Positions 63,401 to 64,000 of a stretch of 64,000 nucleotides of DNA are shown piece by piece. Source of the DNA: Squalus acanthias (taxonomy: Eukaryota); assembly GCA_030390025.1 (NCBI GenBank), contig CM059431.1:143346001-143410000 (forward strand), read 5' to 3'. Each line of letters starts with the position of its first letter. Positions within the stretch are counted from its first letter, which is position 1. The position numbers were made by a program, and so were the translations under genes. The notes under the pieces are model-generated. The model was not told the DNA's origin, did no database searches, and was given only the letters and a program-made list of their open reading frames with translations.

Positions 63401-64000
63401 GTTCTTCACCAACAAATCCCAGGATTTCAGCCCAGACACTGATCTCAGCCTTTTCCAGTAAATATAATGCAGTGGGGCGGCTGGTCACTAGCACTGAACA
63501 TCCTGGGAGCAGCTTGTGCTGTATTAAACTGTACACAATGTCAGACACTTCACACCAGTCTTCGGGATCTGTGCACATGTGCTGAGGTTCTGTATTTCTC
63601 CGATTGTCAGCAAAATCGATCCTGTCCTTGAATTCATCCAAACCATCGAATATGAACAGCAATCCCTCTGGGTTCTTCCAGAGCTCTCCCAGAATATTCC
63701 CAAAGTAAGGATACAGATCCAGTATCAGATTCCTCAGGTTTATTCTACAGTTAATAGCATTCAAATCCCGGAATTTAAAACTGAAGACAAATTGAAAGTG
63801 TGGGTATATTTTCCCAGTGGCCCAGTCATGAACAATCTTTTGCACCATTGTTGTTTTTCCAATCCCCGGAACTCCGCTCACTGCTGCTGAATTCCCAGAA
63901 TTGGATTGCCAGAAGAAACTCTGAATTTTCTGGAACAAACTCCCTCTCTGGGAAAAACTGCTCTGGAACAATTGATCAGTTCGGATTTTTTCCAGCTCTC
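57358..64000 (-). CDS. NLR family receptor paralog 2 (5' part outside the window), NACHT plus LRR exons
   Basis: Exons >64000-62443, 59379-59293, 58351-58181, 58039-57869, 57729-57562, 57400-57358; same exon sizes and phases as paralog 1. Confidence 0.9.
57562..57729 (-). CDS. NLR paralog 2 LRR exon (168 nt)
   Basis: [55 protein letters not shown]. Confidence 0.9.
57869..58039 (-). CDS. NLR paralog 2 LRR exon (171 nt)
   Basis: [56 protein letters not shown]. Confidence 0.9.
58181..58351 (-). CDS. NLR paralog 2 LRR exon (171 nt)
   Basis: [56 protein letters not shown]. Confidence 0.9.
58486..59283 (-). mobile_element. CR1 3' fragment inserted beside an LRR splice donor
   Basis: Tail cataagacataggagcagg; RT C-terminal ORF 58712-59182; splits the intron motif ctggtac|ttacc. 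Confidence 0.92.
59293..59379 (-). CDS. NLR paralog 2 LRR exon (87 nt)
   Basis: [28 protein letters not shown]; gtttag / gtaagt. Confidence 0.88.
59495..61177. mobile_element. Harbinger-like remnant at the position equivalent to 11724-13411
   Basis: Colinear similarity; Myb/SANT-like remnant [29 protein letters not shown]. Confidence 0.6.
62443..64000 (-). CDS. NLR paralog 2 NACHT exon (partial)
   Basis: [34 protein letters not shown]; closely similar to 16028-17540; donor TTGAG|gtaact. Confidence 0.96.

Overview
AT-rich, repeat-dense vertebrate genomic DNA. The repeat families and the NLR type suggest a cartilaginous fish (shark); this is inference. The window holds two head-to-tail minus-strand paralogs of an NLR immune receptor gene. 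Paralog 1 is complete: I reconstructed 10 coding exons by hand with consistent splice phases (30354->6663, 2892 nt, 963 aa). Its architecture is a basic N-terminal peptide, a CARD-like death fold, a FISNA-like segment, NACHT and ribonuclease-inhibitor-type LRRs, with a candidate kB/NRF1 CpG-rich promoter near 41.3 kb. Paralog 2 is cut by the window end (NACHT plus 5 LRR exons) and has a 1-nt deletion in its last exon. The LRR exons are duplicated exon+intron cassettes with hypervariable concave-face residues, and each paralog has a CR1 LINE inserted within about 10 nt of an LRR splice site. The rest is CR1-type LINEs, two Penelope-like retroelement families whose termini carry minimal type-I hammerhead ribozyme motifs (one forms a 2.2-kb palindrome), Harbinger-type DNA transposons, a solo LTR, SINE fragments, two local duplications and eight minisatellites. 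Coordinates were read by eye: exon and TSD boundaries should be near exact, old repeat boundaries are approximate.
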